Origin: Octopus sinensis
Lineage: Eukaryota
Direction: 5' to 3'
Assembly: GCF_006345805.1 (NCBI RefSeq)
Contig: NC_043000.1
Span: 64,480,001-64,544,000, forward strand
DNA length: 64,000 nucleotides
Below, one piece after another: positions 63,031-64,000 of the stretch. The translations under genes were made by a program, and so were the position numbers. Position 1 is the first letter of the stretch; the number at the start of each line of letters is the position of its first letter. The notes beneath the pieces are model-generated. The model did no database searches. It was not told the origin of the DNA and worked only from the letters and a program-made list of their open reading frames with translations.

Positions 63031-64000
63031 CGGGGGCGCACACACAGATGTATATATATATATATATGGATCAGAACAGTTTGATTCGAATTCCGTGCTG
63101 CTTAAAGTTTCAAAGCCCATACCCAATAAATGTGCTGAGTGCCCTTCTTTCGTTTGTCCATTTAGCCAAGCACGCCTGTTTCAAATTGGGAAAACTTTTA
63201 CGGGAACCTTTTAATATTGCAAAAGGCCTGTGGAAAGCTAGCACAACAGACGACATTTACATTGCCGCGTAAAAATTGTTGTCTAACAATCTCTGAAATT
63301 TTTCAAGTAAGGGGTCTCTTGTTCGTGCCTTCTGATTTTAAGCACAATTTGAAGTGGCTTTGTTTTCAGCAAAGCTTAGGAACGAAAACCGAACCAAAAT
63401 ACAGCCACTTAGATGTTTGATCGTTTGAATGATGATGTAAACTTTTTGAAGTGTTAGAACAGATGATAAAACGTGTGTATTAGATAATGATGTCGAAACA
63501 AAACGGCAATCATCGCCGAGGATTGGATCATTGCCGCTGGGACCAAAATAAAGTACATGAAAATCATTCAGATGTGAAGGTGATTGGAATTGCGTCGTTC
63601 ATCGAGAGTCTGTTCCATGTGAGCAGACGATCAATAAAGACTTTCAATTGGGTGTTCTGTGGCGTTTGAGAGAGGTAATGCTAAGTAAGTTGGCCTGAGC
63701 CTCAGACAAACAAAATCTAGTTGCTGCACAAGGACAACAGGATCTTTACCTTTTGACCTACAGATTTAAAAAATAATTTTTTGTAACTAAACACTTTTAA
63801 ACTTCGGACACTGGTAGAATGTGTCATATAAAACATCTTTTACTCTTAGCATTTTTGAGAAAAACTTATATTTACGAAGTAATTTCACGTTAAAGTGACA
63901 AACGAAAAATACACTGCCGATAGTTGTTGTTGACAAACAACGGCAGTACTTTAATTCAGCTGAATACACGTCATTGATTGGTTGAAATTACCGAAAGAGG

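Noticed and set aside
63420-63700. Short ORFs and a GTGAGC donor-like site
   Set aside because: No recognisable product; signals at chance level

Overview
This is eukaryotic, AT-rich, repeat-saturated DNA. I recognise no host protein-coding gene, rRNA, intact tRNA or CRISPR array. The repeat families resemble those of coleoid cephalopods, probably Octopus (inferred from recalled repeat families, not a database result). Most long ORFs in the track are translations of (TA)n/(CA)n/trinucleotide microsatellites. The real content is layered transposable elements: (1) a young, TSD-flanked Ty3/Gypsy (Mag-like) LTR element at 33082-36798 whose RT/RNase H core is deleted in frame; (2) decayed non-LTR elements of the RTE, R4/Dong-like and Tx1/L1-like clades; (3) Penelope-like remnants with a GIY-YIG endonuclease and two minimal hammerhead-ribozyme motifs; (4) Tc1, pogo/Tigger and hAT transposase relics and several MITEs; (5) many tRNA-derived SINEs. 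The best candidates for an undescribed system are: a 184-bp SINE-body-plus-Tx1-tail unit that recurs at exactly the same nucleotide inside copies of its own SINE family (three junctions, two loci); and a ~555-bp non-coding element that sits in (AAT)n tracts and forms a four-copy tandem array containing a recombinant copy. All protein calls are by-eye motif recognition, and boundaries of decayed elements are approximate.
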